Positions 1 to 8,845 of a stretch of DNA of 13,007 nucleotides are shown piece after piece. The stretch spans positions 1 through 13,007 of the IMG/VR virus record IMGVR_UViG_3300029162_000078; one strand, given 5' to 3'. The DNA comes from a virus (Duplodnaviria > Heunggongvirae > Uroviricota > Caudoviricetes). How positions within the stretch are numbered: position 1 is the stretch's first letter; each line of letters opens with the position of its first letter. The translations under genes were made by a program, and so were the position numbers. Under the pieces are notes generated by a model. That model was not told where the DNA came from. It saw only the letters and a list, made by a program, of their open reading frames with translations, and made no database searches.

Positions 1-1254
1 ATGCTGGAACAAATGGGCATTGCCGCGAAGCAAGCCTCGTATAAATTAGCGCAACTCTCCAGCCGCGAAAAAAATCGCGTGCTGGAAAAAATCGCCGATG
101 AACTGGAAGCACAAAGCGAAATCATCCTCAACGCTAACGCCCAGGATGTTGCTGACGCGCGAGCCAATGGCCTTAGCGAAGCGATGCTTGACCGTCTGGC
201 ACTGACGCCCGCACGGCTGAAAGGCATTGCCGACGATGTACGTCAGGTGTGCAACCTCGCCGATCCGGTGGGGCAGGTAATCGATGGCGGCGTACTGGAC
301 AGCGGCCTGCGTCTTGAGCGTCGTCGCGTACCGCTGGGGGTTATTGGCGTGATTTATGAAGCGCGCCCGAACGTGACGGTTGATGTCGCTTCGCTGTGCC
401 TGAAAACCGGTAATGCGGTGATCCTGCGCGGTGGCAAAGAAACGTGTCGCACTAACGCTGCAACGGTGGCGGTGATTCAGGACGCCCTGAAATCCTGCGG
501 CTTACCGGCGGGTGCCGTGCAGGCGATTGATAATCCTGACCGTGCGCTGGTCAGTGAAATGCTGCGTATGGATAAATACATCGACATGCTGATCCCGCGT
601 GGTGGCGCTGGTTTGCATAAACTGTGCCGTGAACAGTCGACAATCCCGGTGATCACAGGTGGTATAGGCGTATGCCATATTTACGTTGATGAAAGTGTAG
701 AGATCGCTGAAGCATTAAAAGTGATCGTCAACGCGAAAACTCAGCGTCCGAGCACATGTAATACGGTTGAAACGTTGCTGGTGAATAAAAACATCGCCGA
801 TAGCTTCCTGCCCGCATTAAGCAAACAAATGGCGGAAAGCGGCGTGACATTACACGCAGATGCAGCTGCACTGGCGCAGTTGCAGGCAGGCCCTGCGAAG
901 GTGGTTGCTGTTAAAGCCGAAGAGTATGACGATGAGTTTCTGTCATTAGATTTGAACGTCAAAATCGTCAGCGATCTTGACGATGCCATCGCCCATATTC
1001 GTGAACACGGCACACAACACTCCGATGCGATCCTGACCCGCGATATGCGCAACGCCCAGCGTTTTGTTAACGAAGTGGATTCGTCCGCTGTTTACGTTAA
1101 CGCCTCTACGCGTTTTACCGACGGCGGCCAGTTTGGTCTGGGTGCGGAAGTGGCGGTAAGCACACAAAAACTCCACGCGCGTGGCCCAATGGGGCTGGAA
1201 GCACTGACCACTTACAAGTGGATCGGCATTGGTGATTACACCATTCGTGCGTAA
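1..1254 (+). CDS. proA: gamma-glutamyl phosphate reductase (glutamate-5-semialdehyde dehydrogenase), proline biosynthesis
   Basis: 417-aa ORF starting at window position 1 and ending TAA at 1252-1254. The translation is recognisable as full-length enterobacterial ProA (aldehyde-dehydrogenase fold). Followed by tRNA-Thr, as in the E. coli proBA-thrW locus. Confidence 0.93.
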
Positions 1255-1368
1255 ATAAAACCGGGTGATGCAAAAGTAGCCATTTGATTCACAAGGCCAT
1301 TGACGCATCGCCCGGTTAGTTTTAACCTTGTCCACCGTGATTCACGTTCGTGAACATGTCCTTTCAGG

Positions 1369-1444
1369 GCCGATATAGCTCAGTTGGTAGAGCAGCGCAT
1401 TCGTAATGCGAAGGTCGTAGGTTCGACTCCTATTATCGGCACCA
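1369..1444 (+). tRNA. thrW: tRNA-Thr (anticodon CGU)
   Basis: 76-nt sequence GCCGATATAGCTCAGTTGGTAGAGCAGCGCATTCGTAATGCGAAGGTCGTAGGTTCGACTCCTATTATCGGCACCA folds as a cloverleaf by hand: 7-bp acceptor stem, D-arm GCTC/GAGC, anticodon loop TTCGTAA (anticodon CGT), T-arm GTAGG/CCTAT, encoded CCA end. Confidence 0.93.
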
Positions 1445-1445
1445 T
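1399..1445 (+). repeat. attL: 47-bp direct repeat (3' end of thrW), left prophage junction
   Basis: Positions 1399-1445 are identical to 11853-11899, with mismatches immediately outside both ends (1398 c vs 11852 a; 1446 t vs 11900 c). The repeat covers the 3' part of the tRNA, typical of tRNA-targeting tyrosine integrases. Confidence 0.8.
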
Positions 1446-1458
1446 TAAAATCAATAAG

Positions 1459-2622
1459 TTACACATCATTAGTACCTTCCTTATTTTTTGACTGGGACAA
1501 ATTTGGGACCGATGGGTTCAGGATCGAGTCTATTTGCCGTGCGTGTTCGGTAAGGTGATTAGGTGCAAGGTGAGCATATCGACGAACCATTTCGATAGAC
1601 TCCCAGCCTCCCATTTCCTGTAACACTGACAACGGGACTCCGGCTTGAACCAGCCAACTTGCCCAGGTGTGTCTCAAGTCGTGAAATCTGAAATCATCAA
1701 TACCAGCCCGTCTCAGCGCCGCTTTCCAGGCTGTGTTTGCGTCATACCGCATCTTCCTTACTGTTGGCGCTTTCGTTCCGTCTGGTTTGGTACAGCTTTC
1801 CTTGTACACAAATACCCAACGGTGATGATTCCCGATTTGTTTTTTCAATACGCGACATGCAGTATCATTCAGCGCAACGCCAATTGCGCGGTTTGATTTA
1901 CTCTCTTCCGGGTTTATCCATGCCACCCGGCGCTGCATATCTATTTGTTGCCATTCAAGGTTGATGATGTTCGAGCGTCTTAAGCCTGTTGCCAGTGCAA
2001 ATTCAACAACAGACTTTAATGGCTCCGGACATTCATCAATCAGCCTTTGTGCTTCATGGGGCTCCAGCCAGCGGATCCGTTTATTCTTTGGTTGAGGCAC
2101 TTTAATAATTGGTGCCTTATCCAGCATTTTCCATTCACGCTCTGCGGCTCTTAGTAGGGCCTTTATAAATGAAAGATGCGTAGCCTTCGTTGCAACGGAC
2201 GCTGGTTTTGGCGTGTATTCTGGAACAGGTTTCCCTTTTTTTCTGCATGCTTCTGCCCTGAGTTTCCAGTTTTCCTCATGACGCCGGTTCGTCATTTTCT
2301 GCATTGCTGAATAAATTTTTGATTCAGTAATGTCTCTTAGTTGCATTCCTGCGAAATGTTGAAGCCAGAATCCGATCCGGCTTTTGTCATCGTCCAGCGA
2401 TTTTTTATGTGCTTTCTCTTCAAGCCACCTGACACACGCTTCCTCGAACGTTATATCAGGTATTTCACCAAGTTTGCTGACCCGCCATGCTTCAGCCTTT
2501 AGCTTGTCATGGAGTTCTGTCGCCTGCCTTTTGTCCTTTGTTCCAAGAGACTGTTTAAATCTTTTACCGTTCGGCAATGTGAAACTGGCGTACCATATTT
2601 CACCTCTGCGGAAGAGTGACAT
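1459..2622 (-). CDS. int: Tyrosine-type site-specific integrase, phage P22 Int-like
   Basis: 387-aa ORF. N-terminus [41 protein letters not shown] and C-terminal catalytic region (...[39 protein letters not shown]) match the P22-type integrase family as I recall it. Adjacent to the thrW att site. Confidence 0.9.
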   Translation of the reverse strand: MSLFRRGEIWYASFTLPNGKRFKQSLGTKDKRQATELHDKLKAEAWRVSKLGEIPDITFEEACVRWLEEKAHKKSLDDDKSRIGFWLQHFAGMQLRDITESKIYSAMQKMTNRRHEENWKLRAEACRKKGKPVPEYTPKPASVATKATHLSFIKALLRAAEREWKMLDKAPIIKVPQPKNKRIRWLEPHEAQRLIDECPEPLKSVVEFALATGLRRSNIINLEWQQIDMQRRVAWINPEESKSNRAIGVALNDTACRVLKKQIGNHHRWVFVYKESCTKPDGTKAPTVRKMRYDANTAWKAALRRAGIDDFRFHDLRHTWASWLVQAGVPLSVLQEMGGWESIEMVRRYAHLAPNHLTEHARQIDSILNPSVPNLSQSKNKEGTNDV

Positions 2623-2849
2623 TTTCTTTCCTCTGTTATGCCATCACCCGCGCTCACCTGGACAGTATGCAGCGGAGACTGAAGAGCCGCAATGCAGGCT
2701 TGTCGTGTTGTGAGGTAAGGAGATTTATTCTTAGTGGGATCTTTGCGTGTTGCCTGAAGACGCCCTGTGCGTATCCAGTTAATGGCAGTCGGTCTGGATA
2801 TCTTGAGAAAATGACAGGCCTCATCGAGTGTGAGGCTGTATGGCTCCAT
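2499..2849 (-). CDS. xis: Excisionase, P22 Xis-like (116 aa)
   Basis: Within ORF 2499..2933 the protein most plausibly starts at [31 protein letters not shown] (ATG at 2849..2847, overlapping the upstream gene's TAA as TAATG). 116 aa, and its 3' end overlaps the int start by 124 nt. The sequence resembles P22 Xis as I recall it. Confidence 0.75.
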   Translation of the reverse strand: MEPYSLTLDEACHFLKISRPTAINWIRTGRLQATRKDPTKNKSPYLTTRQACIAALQSPLHTVQVSAGDGITEERKCHSSAEVKYGTPVSHCRTVKDLNSLLEQRTKGRRQNSMTS

Positions 2850-3154
2850 TATTTCACCTCTTGTTGTGACATTGTTGAAAAATGGATACCTGCTCGTTGC
2901 TGCCAGACGATCCAACCGAGAGTCATATCCCATGCCATGTATTCGTTATCGCCGTTTTTTGCTCTCCGACGATCTACTAAGTCACCGAAACGCTTTTCCA
3001 TGAATAATTCATAAGCTTCGCGTTCATCTGGTTCTACTTCCAGAGATAGGAGTGCGATTTCATAAGCACGGCGCTCAATATCGTCTCGCACGTCAAGGCT
3101 GCTGATACGCTCTTTAATTTCTTTAATCAGTTCTTTGTCGGTAAAAGTGGTCAT
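2849..3154 (-). CDS. Hypothetical small phage early-region protein (101 aa)
   Basis: ORF MTTFTDKELIKEIKERISSLDVRDDIERRAYEIALLSLEVEPDEREAY... with GGAGG about 10 nt upstream of the ATG at 3154. Start overlaps the upstream gene's stop and its stop overlaps the xis start (TAATG), consistent with an operon. No recognisable domain. Confidence 0.5.
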   Translation of the reverse strand: MTTFTDKELIKEIKERISSLDVRDDIERRAYEIALLSLEVEPDEREAYELFMEKRFGDLVDRRRAKNGDNEYMAWDMTLGWIVWQQRAGIHFSTMSQQEVK

Positions 3155-3516
3155 TATGCTCCAGCCTCCGGTGCTTTTGGCATTACTGCCCAGTGAGTGA
3201 TATTGACGTTTTCAAGGTCCCCGACCTGAAATGTCCACTGCCATTCTCCGGTTTCTTTTTGTCCCCAGGTGTACCAGAGAGAACGCCAGCCAATTAGCCA
3301 GCCTTCTCCGTTAGCATCGAATAACAAAACACTTTCATTTGCTGGTGGCAGTTCAGTTGACACTGGTATTACTTTGTTTTCCTGTGCTGCACATTTAGCT
3401 TCAAGCGCATCGAATTTACGCACCAGGTATTCAGCATCTGTTTCATTCACTTTCAGATCTCGCGGTACACATCTCCCACGAAGAAACCCTTCCATTTCGA
3501 AAACATTCATGCGCAT
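3154..3516 (-). CDS. DUF551-like phage protein (120 aa)
   Basis: ORF with GGAG 8 nt upstream of the ATG at 3516. C-terminal region ...KVIPVSTELPP...GWLIGWRSLWYTWGQ...NITHWAVMPKAPE resembles the Trp-rich DUF551 signature common in lambdoid/P22-like early regions (motif recollection, not a search). Confidence 0.55.
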   Translation of the reverse strand: MRMNVFEMEGFLRGRCVPRDLKVNETDAEYLVRKFDALEAKCAAQENKVIPVSTELPPANESVLLFDANGEGWLIGWRSLWYTWGQKETGEWQWTFQVGDLENVNITHWAVMPKAPEAGA

Positions 3517-4073
3517 TTGCGTAACTCCGATAACTCGTTAAAACGTTCCATAAACATCCCGTAGGCATGGCCCGGTGCCTGTGGAATCACTTTGAACATC
3601 TCTGTTGCCGGGATACCTTCCAGTACAGGCCAGAAAGAGCCATCATCAAGCCCGAGATCGCGGCGTTCGGTTGCCAGCATAATGAGATCGGCATATTTCA
3701 CTGGCGTGCTCATAACAGGAGGTAACCCGTATTTCTCACGTATTACGGCGTCTATTTTTTCTTCCATCCGTTTATAGTCAGGAAGAAGTCGTTTCAGTGG
3801 TGCGGGGATGTCCTGGCAATATGCTTCTGTTGCATCATGCATTAAAGCTTCAAAAGCAAATTCCTGTGGCACCAGCTGGCTGCAAAGCACCGCATGTTGG
3901 GCGACACTGTAGAAGTGTGAAAGATGTCCTGCAAAGCGACAGATATTTGAAAGGGAAATGCCAGCATAATGCTGGGGTATGTTTCTGATGCGATGAAAGT
4001 GGTGGATTCTGCCGTATCGGATGCCGCCAGGCTGTTGCAGGGGGATATCTCGGTACTTCTGCCGCCGCCATCG
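3507..4073 (-). CDS. HD-superfamily phosphohydrolase, YfbR/YfdR-like 5'-deoxynucleotidase; no canonical start in frame (probable 5'-damaged or truncated gene)
   Basis: The track ORF 3507..3890 begins at a GTG, but the same frame is open upstream to a TGA at 4074-4076. That upstream stretch reads ...GIRYGRIHHFHRIRNIPQHYAGISLSNICRFAGHLSHFYSVAQHAVLCSQLVPQEFAFEALMHDATEAYCQDIPAPLK..., giving the H...HD metal-binding pattern of YfbR-type nucleotidases. There is no ATG/GTG/TTG between the stop and the first His motif. Confidence 0.55.
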   Translation of the reverse strand, partial: RWRRQKYRDIPLQQPGGIRYGRIHHFHRIRNIPQHYAGISLSNICRFAGHLSHFYSVAQHAVLCSQLVPQEFAFEALMHDATEAYCQDIPAPLKRLLPDYKRMEEKIDAVIREKYGLPPVMSTPVKYADLIMLATERRDLGLDDGSFWPVLEGIPATEMFKVIPQAPGHAYGMFMERFNELSELRKCA

Positions 4074-4778
4074 TCAGGCAAAAATTTCGTTGAGCAGGTG
4101 CAGAAAATGTGGCGTACCGGGAAACGCCTTTATGGTAACGCCAGCGACCTGGTCACCATGATCAAAACGCTTTCCGGTGTCAGCCTCGGCAGTGATCTGC
4201 AACCGCGCGGCGTCTGGAAAACGGACAGTAAAACCACCGCTACGGCGACGCAGCAGCGTAACGTGGTTGCCAGCACCCTTCGTACGACCGCAATCAGCGA
4301 AGCGGCGTATGCCGTCACCCGATTGCCTGCGCCAACAACTTCCGCGGTGATGCAGAATGCCGCAGTGGGGCAGGCAACAACAGCTGCACAGAGCACCGGC
4401 TGGCCTTCCGTCACGCATCCGGCACTGAACAATGCACCGGCGGTGAAAAACACGGTTGACCTGCCGACGTGGGAAGAACTGACTGACATTCGCGACACAC
4501 TGAATACGGCAATTGATAAGGAGTTGTCCCGTACAACCAGTGATGCGCTGTTTCTGGCGCTGCGCCGGGTGAAAGCAGATCTGAATGCGGATATCAACAC
4601 GCGCCTTGAACAGTCTGCACGGATCATTCAGCGCACACCGGATGAGGTTTTACCCGCGCTGGTGCTGGCGGCGACCTGGTTTGATAACGCGGCGCGTGAC
4701 GCGGACATTATTCGGCGTAATGCCATTACGCATCCCGGCTTTGTGCCGGTGATCCCTCTGAAGGTGCCAGTGCAATGA
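3969..4778 (+). CDS. Mu gp43 (N)-like DNA circulation protein, C-terminal fragment (N-terminal half missing)
   Basis: 269-aa ORF (frame open from 3951) whose stop overlaps the start of the next baseplate gene (ATGA at 4775-4778). Position and context match the gene upstream of gp44 in Mu-like tail modules. Far shorter than a full-length protein, and its 5' end runs into the antisense HD gene. Confidence 0.55.
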   Translation: MLGYVSDAMKVVDSAVSDAARLLQGDISVLLPPPSSGKNFVEQVQKMWRTGKRLYGNASDLVTMIKTLSGVSLGSDLQPRGVWKTDSKTTATATQQRNVVASTLRTTAISEAAYAVTRLPAPTTSAVMQNAAVGQATTAAQSTGWPSVTHPALNNAPAVKNTVDLPTWEELTDIRDTLNTAIDKELSRTTSDALFLALRRVKADLNADINTRLEQSARIIQRTPDEVLPALVLAATWFDNAARDADIIRRNAITHPGFVPVIPLKVPVQ

Positions 4779-5866
4779 ACGACAATGTCACGCTACGGGT
4801 AAATGGCCGGGAGTGGAATGGCTGGACATCGGTGCGCATCGGTGCCGGTATTGAACGGCTGGCGCGGGATTTCAGTGTGGAGATCACCCGCCAGTGGCCG
4901 GGTGATGAGGGTATCACCACGCTTCAGCCGCGCATTAAAAACGGTTCAAAAGTGGAGGTGCTGATTGGTGATGAGCTGGTGATCACCGGCTGGGTGGAGG
5001 CGACGCCCGTTCGTTACGATGCCCGTTCGGTCAGCACCGGTATTGCCGGACGCAGTCTGACCGCTGACCTGATTGACTGTGCAGCCGAACCGACACAGTT
5101 TAACGGACGCTCGCTGGTGCAGATAGCGCAGGCGCTTGCTGCGCCTTTCGGCATTGAGGTGGTGAACAACGGTGCGCCGTCGGGTGTTATTCCTGACGTC
5201 CAGCCCGATCACGGCGAAACGGTGATTGAGGTGATCAACAAAATACTCGGTCAGCAGCAGGCACTGGCTTACGACGACCCGCACGGCAGGCTGGTGATTG
5301 GCGGTATTGGCTCAACGCGGGCACATACCGCGCTGGTACTTGGGGAAAACATCCTTTCCTGTGATACGGAGAAGAGTATCCGGGAGCGGTTTTCAGTTTA
5401 CCAGGTGGCGGGGCAGCGTGCCGGAAACGATGATGATTTCGGTGAGGCCACCACCACCGCGCTGCGGGCCCGCACAGAGGATGCATTTATTGCCCGTTAC
5501 CGTCCGATGTATATCAGGCAGACAGGGCAGGCTACGGGGGCAGGCTGTATTGCCCGTGCGGACTTTGAAGCCCGACAACGGGCGGCGCGGACGGATGAAA
5601 CCACCTATGTGGTGCAGGGCTGGCGACAGGGTAACGGTACGCTGTGGCAGCCCAACCAGCGGGTGATTGTCTTTGATCCGGTCTGTGGTTTCGACAATAC
5701 CGAACTGCTTGTTTCGGAAGTCACGTTTACTCAGGACCAGAACGGCACCCTGACGGAAATCCGTGTCGGCCCACCTGATGCTTATCTGCCTGAACCCGAA
5801 GCCCCGGCGCGCGGAAAAAGAAAAAAGCCAGAGTACAGGAGGACCCGTTCTGATGAGGACGATTGA
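4775..5866 (+). CDS. Baseplate hub protein, Mu gp44 (P)-like / phage late control D family
   Basis: 363-aa ORF, translationally coupled to neighbours. Gene order gp43-gp44-gp45-gp46-gp47-gp48 matches the Mu N-P-Q-V-W-R baseplate cluster. GC-rich with Lys/Arg-rich C-terminus. Confidence 0.75.
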   Translation: MNDNVTLRVNGREWNGWTSVRIGAGIERLARDFSVEITRQWPGDEGITTLQPRIKNGSKVEVLIGDELVITGWVEATPVRYDARSVSTGIAGRSLTADLIDCAAEPTQFNGRSLVQIAQALAAPFGIEVVNNGAPSGVIPDVQPDHGETVIEVINKILGQQQALAYDDPHGRLVIGGIGSTRAHTALVLGENILSCDTEKSIRERFSVYQVAGQRAGNDDDFGEATTTALRARTEDAFIARYRPMYIRQTGQATGAGCIARADFEARQRAARTDETTYVVQGWRQGNGTLWQPNQRVIVFDPVCGFDNTELLVSEVTFTQDQNGTLTEIRVGPPDAYLPEPEAPARGKRKKPEYRRTRSDEDD

Positions 5867-6401
5867 AGCCATGCAGCGACAACTCCTCGGCCTGATTGGG
5901 CGGGCAGTGGTGAAAAGCATCAGTGCCGCCACGAAATGTCAGACCGTGGATGTGTCTCTGATTGCCGGTGAACCCAAAGCCGGGGTTGAACATCTTGAAC
6001 CCTACGGTTTTACCTCAAGGGCAAACAGCGGTGCGGAAGCGGTGGTGTTGTTTCCGGATGGCGACCGTTCTCATGCGGTGGTTGTTACGGTGTCGGACCG
6101 GCGCTACCGCCTGAAAGGGCTGCAGACGGGTGAGGTGGCTGTCTATGACGATCAGGGGCAGTCCGTGACGCTGACCCGGGAGGGGATCGTGGTGGACGGT
6201 GCAGGTAAAACGATCACGTTTCGCAATTCACCTAAAGCACGTTTTGAAATGGACCTGGAAGTGACAGGACAGGTGAAAGACCTGTGCGACTCCGGCGGCA
6301 CCACCATGTCAGCGATGCGGCTTGCCTATAACGGGCATCGTCACAGAGAGAACGGTCAGGGCAGTAACACCGACAAACCTGATAAAGCGATGGAGGCATG
6401 A
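5853..6401 (+). CDS. Baseplate assembly protein V / spike, Mu gp45-like
   Basis: ATG at 5853 preceded by AGGAGG (5837-5842). Protein MRTIEAMQRQLLGLIGRAVVKSISAATKCQTVDVSLIAGEPKAGVEHLEPYGFTS... is typical of gpV-type baseplate spike proteins. The track ORF begins at 5763, but the RBS supports 5853. Confidence 0.75.
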   Translation: MRTIEAMQRQLLGLIGRAVVKSISAATKCQTVDVSLIAGEPKAGVEHLEPYGFTSRANSGAEAVVLFPDGDRSHAVVVTVSDRRYRLKGLQTGEVAVYDDQGQSVTLTREGIVVDGAGKTITFRNSPKARFEMDLEVTGQVKDLCDSGGTTMSAMRLAYNGHRHRENGQGSNTDKPDKAMEA

Positions 6402-6826
6402 TGGAACTGTGGCTGACGGTGAACGGTAAACGCACCTGCGCCAGCGCACCGCTGGATCCGCTGACCCGCGCCGTGGTGATTTCCCTGTTTACCTGGCGGC
6501 GGGCGGAGCCTGATGACAACGCCGACGTCCCGATGGGATGGTGGGGGGATACCTGGCCTGCGGTACAGAATGACCGTTACGGCTCCCGACTGTGGCTGCT
6601 TCAGCGCAGCAAACTGACCAATCAGCTGGTGCAGACGGTAAGGGGGTATATCCGCGAATGCCTGCAATGGATGATTGATGACGGCGTGGTGTCCCGTATT
6701 GATCTGGATATCCGCCGCACCGGGATTAATGAACTGGGTAACAGTATCACTCTCTGGCGTCGTGACGGACCGGTAATGATTTCTTTTGATGATCTGTGGA
6801 GTGCGATAACGCATGGCGGACAGTGA
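6398..6826 (+). CDS. Mu gp46-like baseplate protein (GP46 family)
   Basis: 142-aa ORF. Start ATG overlaps the gp45 stop (ATGA). Size and position match the Mu V / gp46 family. Confidence 0.7.
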   Translation: MMELWLTVNGKRTCASAPLDPLTRAVVISLFTWRRAEPDDNADVPMGWWGDTWPAVQNDRYGSRLWLLQRSKLTNQLVQTVRGYIRECLQWMIDDGVVSRIDLDIRRTGINELGNSITLWRRDGPVMISFDDLWSAITHGGQ

Positions 6827-7871
6827 ATTTCAGCGCCCGACGCTGGCAGAAAATATCAGTATGCTCCGTAACGATTTATTCGCCAGGCTGGACGTCAGCG
6901 ACACGCTCCGGCGCATGGATGAAGACGTGCGGGCAAAGGTGTATGCGGCGGCGCTGCATACGGTTTACGGTTACATCGATTATCTGGCAATGAACATGCT
7001 GCCTGACCTGTGCGATGAGTCCTGGCTGGCGCGACATGCTGCGATGAAACGGTGTCCGCGCAAGGGGGCCACGACTGCCAGCGGGTATATGCGCTGGGAA
7101 GGCGTCAGCGATGGCCTGAAGGTGACCGCCGGGAGTGTTATTCAGCGCGATGACCTGGTTCAGTACACGGCAACTGCCGATGCAACCAGCGCCGGTGGTG
7201 TCCTGCGCGTGCCGATCGCCTGCTCAAGTGCAGGCGCGGTCGGTAACGCTGACGACGGTACGTCATTAATCCTGGTCACGCCGGTTAATGGTCTGCCGTC
7301 TTCCGGCGTGGCAGACACTCTGACAGGTGGATTTGATACTGAAGATCTGGAAACGTGGCGCGCCCGCGTCATTGAGCGGTATTACTGGACTCCTCAGGGC
7401 GGGGCTGACGGGGACTATGTTGTCTGGGCTAAAGAAGTGCCCGGCATTACCCGCGCATGGGCATACCGTCACTGGATGGGAACGGGGACTGTCGGTGTGA
7501 TGATTGCCGGCAGTGACCTGATTAATCCGATTCCGGAAGAATCAACGGAAACGGCGGCAAGACAACATATCGGGCCACTGGCCCCGGTGGCAGGCTCTGA
7601 TTTGTATGTGTTCAGGCCGGTGGCGCATACGGTGGATTTTCATATCCGTGTGACGCCGGATACACCGGAAATACGGGCTGCCATCACCGCGGAGTTGCGT
7701 TCGTTCCTGCTGCGTGATGGTTATCCGCAGGGAGAACTGAAGGTGTCGCGTATCAGTGAAGCGATTTCCGGTGCGAACGGGGAATACAGCCATCAGTTGC
7801 TTGCACCGGCGGAAAATATCTCCATTGCAAAAAATGAACTGGCGGTTCTGGGGACGATTTCATGGACGTGA
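6813..7871 (+). CDS. Baseplate J-like protein, Mu gp47 (W)-like
   Basis: 352-aa ORF overlapping the gp46 3' end. Size and position match baseplate J family proteins of Mu/e14-type modules. Confidence 0.8.
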   Translation: MADSEFQRPTLAENISMLRNDLFARLDVSDTLRRMDEDVRAKVYAAALHTVYGYIDYLAMNMLPDLCDESWLARHAAMKRCPRKGATTASGYMRWEGVSDGLKVTAGSVIQRDDLVQYTATADATSAGGVLRVPIACSSAGAVGNADDGTSLILVTPVNGLPSSGVADTLTGGFDTEDLETWRARVIERYYWTPQGGADGDYVVWAKEVPGITRAWAYRHWMGTGTVGVMIAGSDLINPIPEESTETAARQHIGPLAPVAGSDLYVFRPVAHTVDFHIRVTPDTPEIRAAITAELRSFLLRDGYPQGELKVSRISEAISGANGEYSHQLLAPAENISIAKNELAVLGTISWT

Positions 7872-7980
7872 CAAACGATGATTACATCCGCCTGTTGTCG
7901 GCACTGCTGCCGCCCGGTCCGGCGTGGTCAGCCAGCGATCCGGCGATTGCCGGTGCGGCACCGTCATTAACCCGCGTTCA
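7862..7980 (+). pseudogene. Truncated Mu gp48-like tail protein (DUF2313 family), N-terminal stub of about 30-40 codons
   Basis: Start ATG overlaps the gp47 stop. N-terminus [22 protein letters not shown] matches the conserved start of gp48/YmfQ-type proteins. The frame then runs antisense into the 3' end of tfa (stop at 7981-7983 on the minus strand), so the rest of the gene is deleted. Confidence 0.5.
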
Positions 7981-8418
7981 TCAGCGTGCGGATGCCGGAG
8001 GCGTAGGCCATTCAATATCTGGCGTACCGGAAGTATCGACCAGTTCCAGTGCGTCCAGATAATCCAGCCACAAATTATATTGCGCCAGTTCCTCACCTTT
8101 CAGGCGACCAATCGCCGCTTTACCAAGCCATTGCTTTCTGTTTATGTATTCGTTGATCTGATTAATCAATTGCTGCTTTTCCAATTCGGCTGCGGCAATT
8201 TGTTCCTCATGAGTTGGCGGTGGAATATCAATCCATGCAGGCATTCCGTCGATGACACCTCTGTATTTTCCTTCTGGTGCTTCCTTCATAAATTCGGCAG
8301 CAACAGTGTCGTCAATTTCGATTCCATCACCGGGCCATTCGCCGGATTCCTGATAAGCGATTTTAAGCTCCACAGGGAAAAACGCATTTTTATCGGCACT
8401 GAAAATATATTTCTGCAT
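7981..8418 (-). CDS. tfa: Tail fibre assembly protein (Tfa; U'-type copy of an invertible segment)
   Basis: 145-aa ORF with AGGA-type RBS. C-terminus ...[18 protein letters not shown] matches the conserved ...VDTSxxPDIEWP... end of E. coli Tfa proteins. Lies directly downstream of the tail-fibre variable fragment on the same strand. Confidence 0.75.
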   Translation of the reverse strand: MQKYIFSADKNAFFPVELKIAYQESGEWPGDGIEIDDTVAAEFMKEAPEGKYRGVIDGMPAWIDIPPPTHEEQIAAAELEKQQLINQINEYINRKQWLGKAAIGRLKGEELAQYNLWLDYLDALELVDTSGTPDIEWPTPPASAR

Positions 8419-8420
8419 TT

Positions 8421-8819
8421 CTACCGTCCTATCGAAACATAACTGAATCTGTATTGCTGTGAGATGTCACTGGTTGCCACACGCCACGCTGAATTACTGA
8501 TATGTTCAAAATTTACAGACAAAACCTGCGGGGCAGGACTCGACGGGTCTGACTGAACGGCATCAGACATAACACTGACTGAAACCATCGGCTGATTAGG
8601 GAATGGTATAGGGAAGTGTCCACTGATAAAGCGGGTCGTGTTTCCTGAAAAAGTGCCAAACTGAACAATATATCCACCTGGTAGCCTGAACCATCCCGAA
8701 CCAGAAGCGAATGCTCCCATATCCGGTATCTGATTATCTCCTGTGCCCACATCCCTTTTCGCCGCTTCTCCCAAACCAACGTTTATGAAAATGCAGAAAT
8801 AACGAGCAAATGGCATCAT
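8421..8819 (-). pseudogene. Tail fibre C-terminal variable segment (S'v-type), no functional start; remnant of the invertible segment
   Basis: Open frame ending TAG at 8421-8423, immediately upstream of tfa. The reading frame passes through the crossover site at 8766-8791, where in intact Gin/Pin systems the constant N-terminal tail-fibre part would be joined. No constant-part gene exists in this window. Confidence 0.5.
8766..8791. other. Din-family invertase crossover site (pix/gix/hix-like), right boundary of the former invertible segment
   Basis: TTCTCCCAAACC-AA-CGTTTATGAAAA: 26 bp with imperfect dyad symmetry and the AAACC-NN-GGTTT-like core of hix/gix/cix sites (recalled consensus). Located 55 bp upstream of the pin start, where the invertase-proximal site lies in Mu G, P1 C and e14 P segments. 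Confidence 0.5.
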
Positions 8820-8845
8820 TCCTGCTTTTGTCAGGGAGATCTACC

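Noticed and set aside
1257-1328. Long-range inverted repeat AACCGGGTGATG...CATCGCCCGGTT and a TTGACG-N17-TAACCT promoter-like element between proA and thrW
   Set aside because: The loop of about 35 nt is too long for a classical terminator and the -10 match is poor. Plausibly the proA 3' structure and thrW promoter, but not supportable from sequence alone.
741-1335. Minus-strand ORFs of 103 aa and 129 aa inside proA
   Set aside because: Antisense shadow ORFs within a well-supported GC-rich gene; low-complexity translations, no start context.
1645-2713. Plus-strand ORFs (83, 75, 109 aa) inside the integrase gene
   Set aside because: Antisense to int; Cys/Ser-rich translations with no RBS.
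2499-2933. Full 144-aa version of the xis ORF starting at 2933
   Set aside because: The first 28 codons are read-through overlapping the upstream gene. The start at MEPYSL (2849) gives the expected 116-aa excisionase and sits on the TAATG coupling junction.
2616-3988. Plus-strand ORFs 2616..3014, 3269..3541, 3592..3777 and 3797..3988
   Set aside because: All lie antisense to the minus-strand early operon, with no expression signals.
3842-4081. Minus-strand ORFs of 79 aa and 73 aa overlapping the HD gene 5' region
   Set aside because: Alternative frames of the HD locus. Only the third frame carries the H...HD motifs, so these are frame artefacts rather than genes.
5763-5852. N-terminal 30-codon extension of the gp45 ORF
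   Set aside because: No RBS at 5763 and it overlaps gp44 by about 100 nt. The ATG at 5853 has a consensus AGGAGG 10 nt upstream.
4074-6814. Numerous ORFs antisense to or overlapping gp43-gp46 (for example 4130..4627 -, 5393..5932 -, 5298..5666 +, 6356..6814 -)
   Set aside because: Typical long shadow ORFs of GC-rich coding DNA; Arg/Pro/Gly-rich nonsense translations. The sense-strand genes form a coherent, translationally coupled baseplate operon.
7961-7986. Possible second crossover site at the gp48/tfa junction
   Set aside because: Only a weak AACC-N3-GTT resemblance to the Din-family site and poor half-site matches. Mentioned as a curiosity, not annotated as a site.
7924-8442. Plus-strand 172-aa ORF antisense to tfa
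   Set aside because: The complementary strand encodes a recognisable tail fibre assembly protein. This ORF has no start context and an implausible Cys/Phe-rich sequence.
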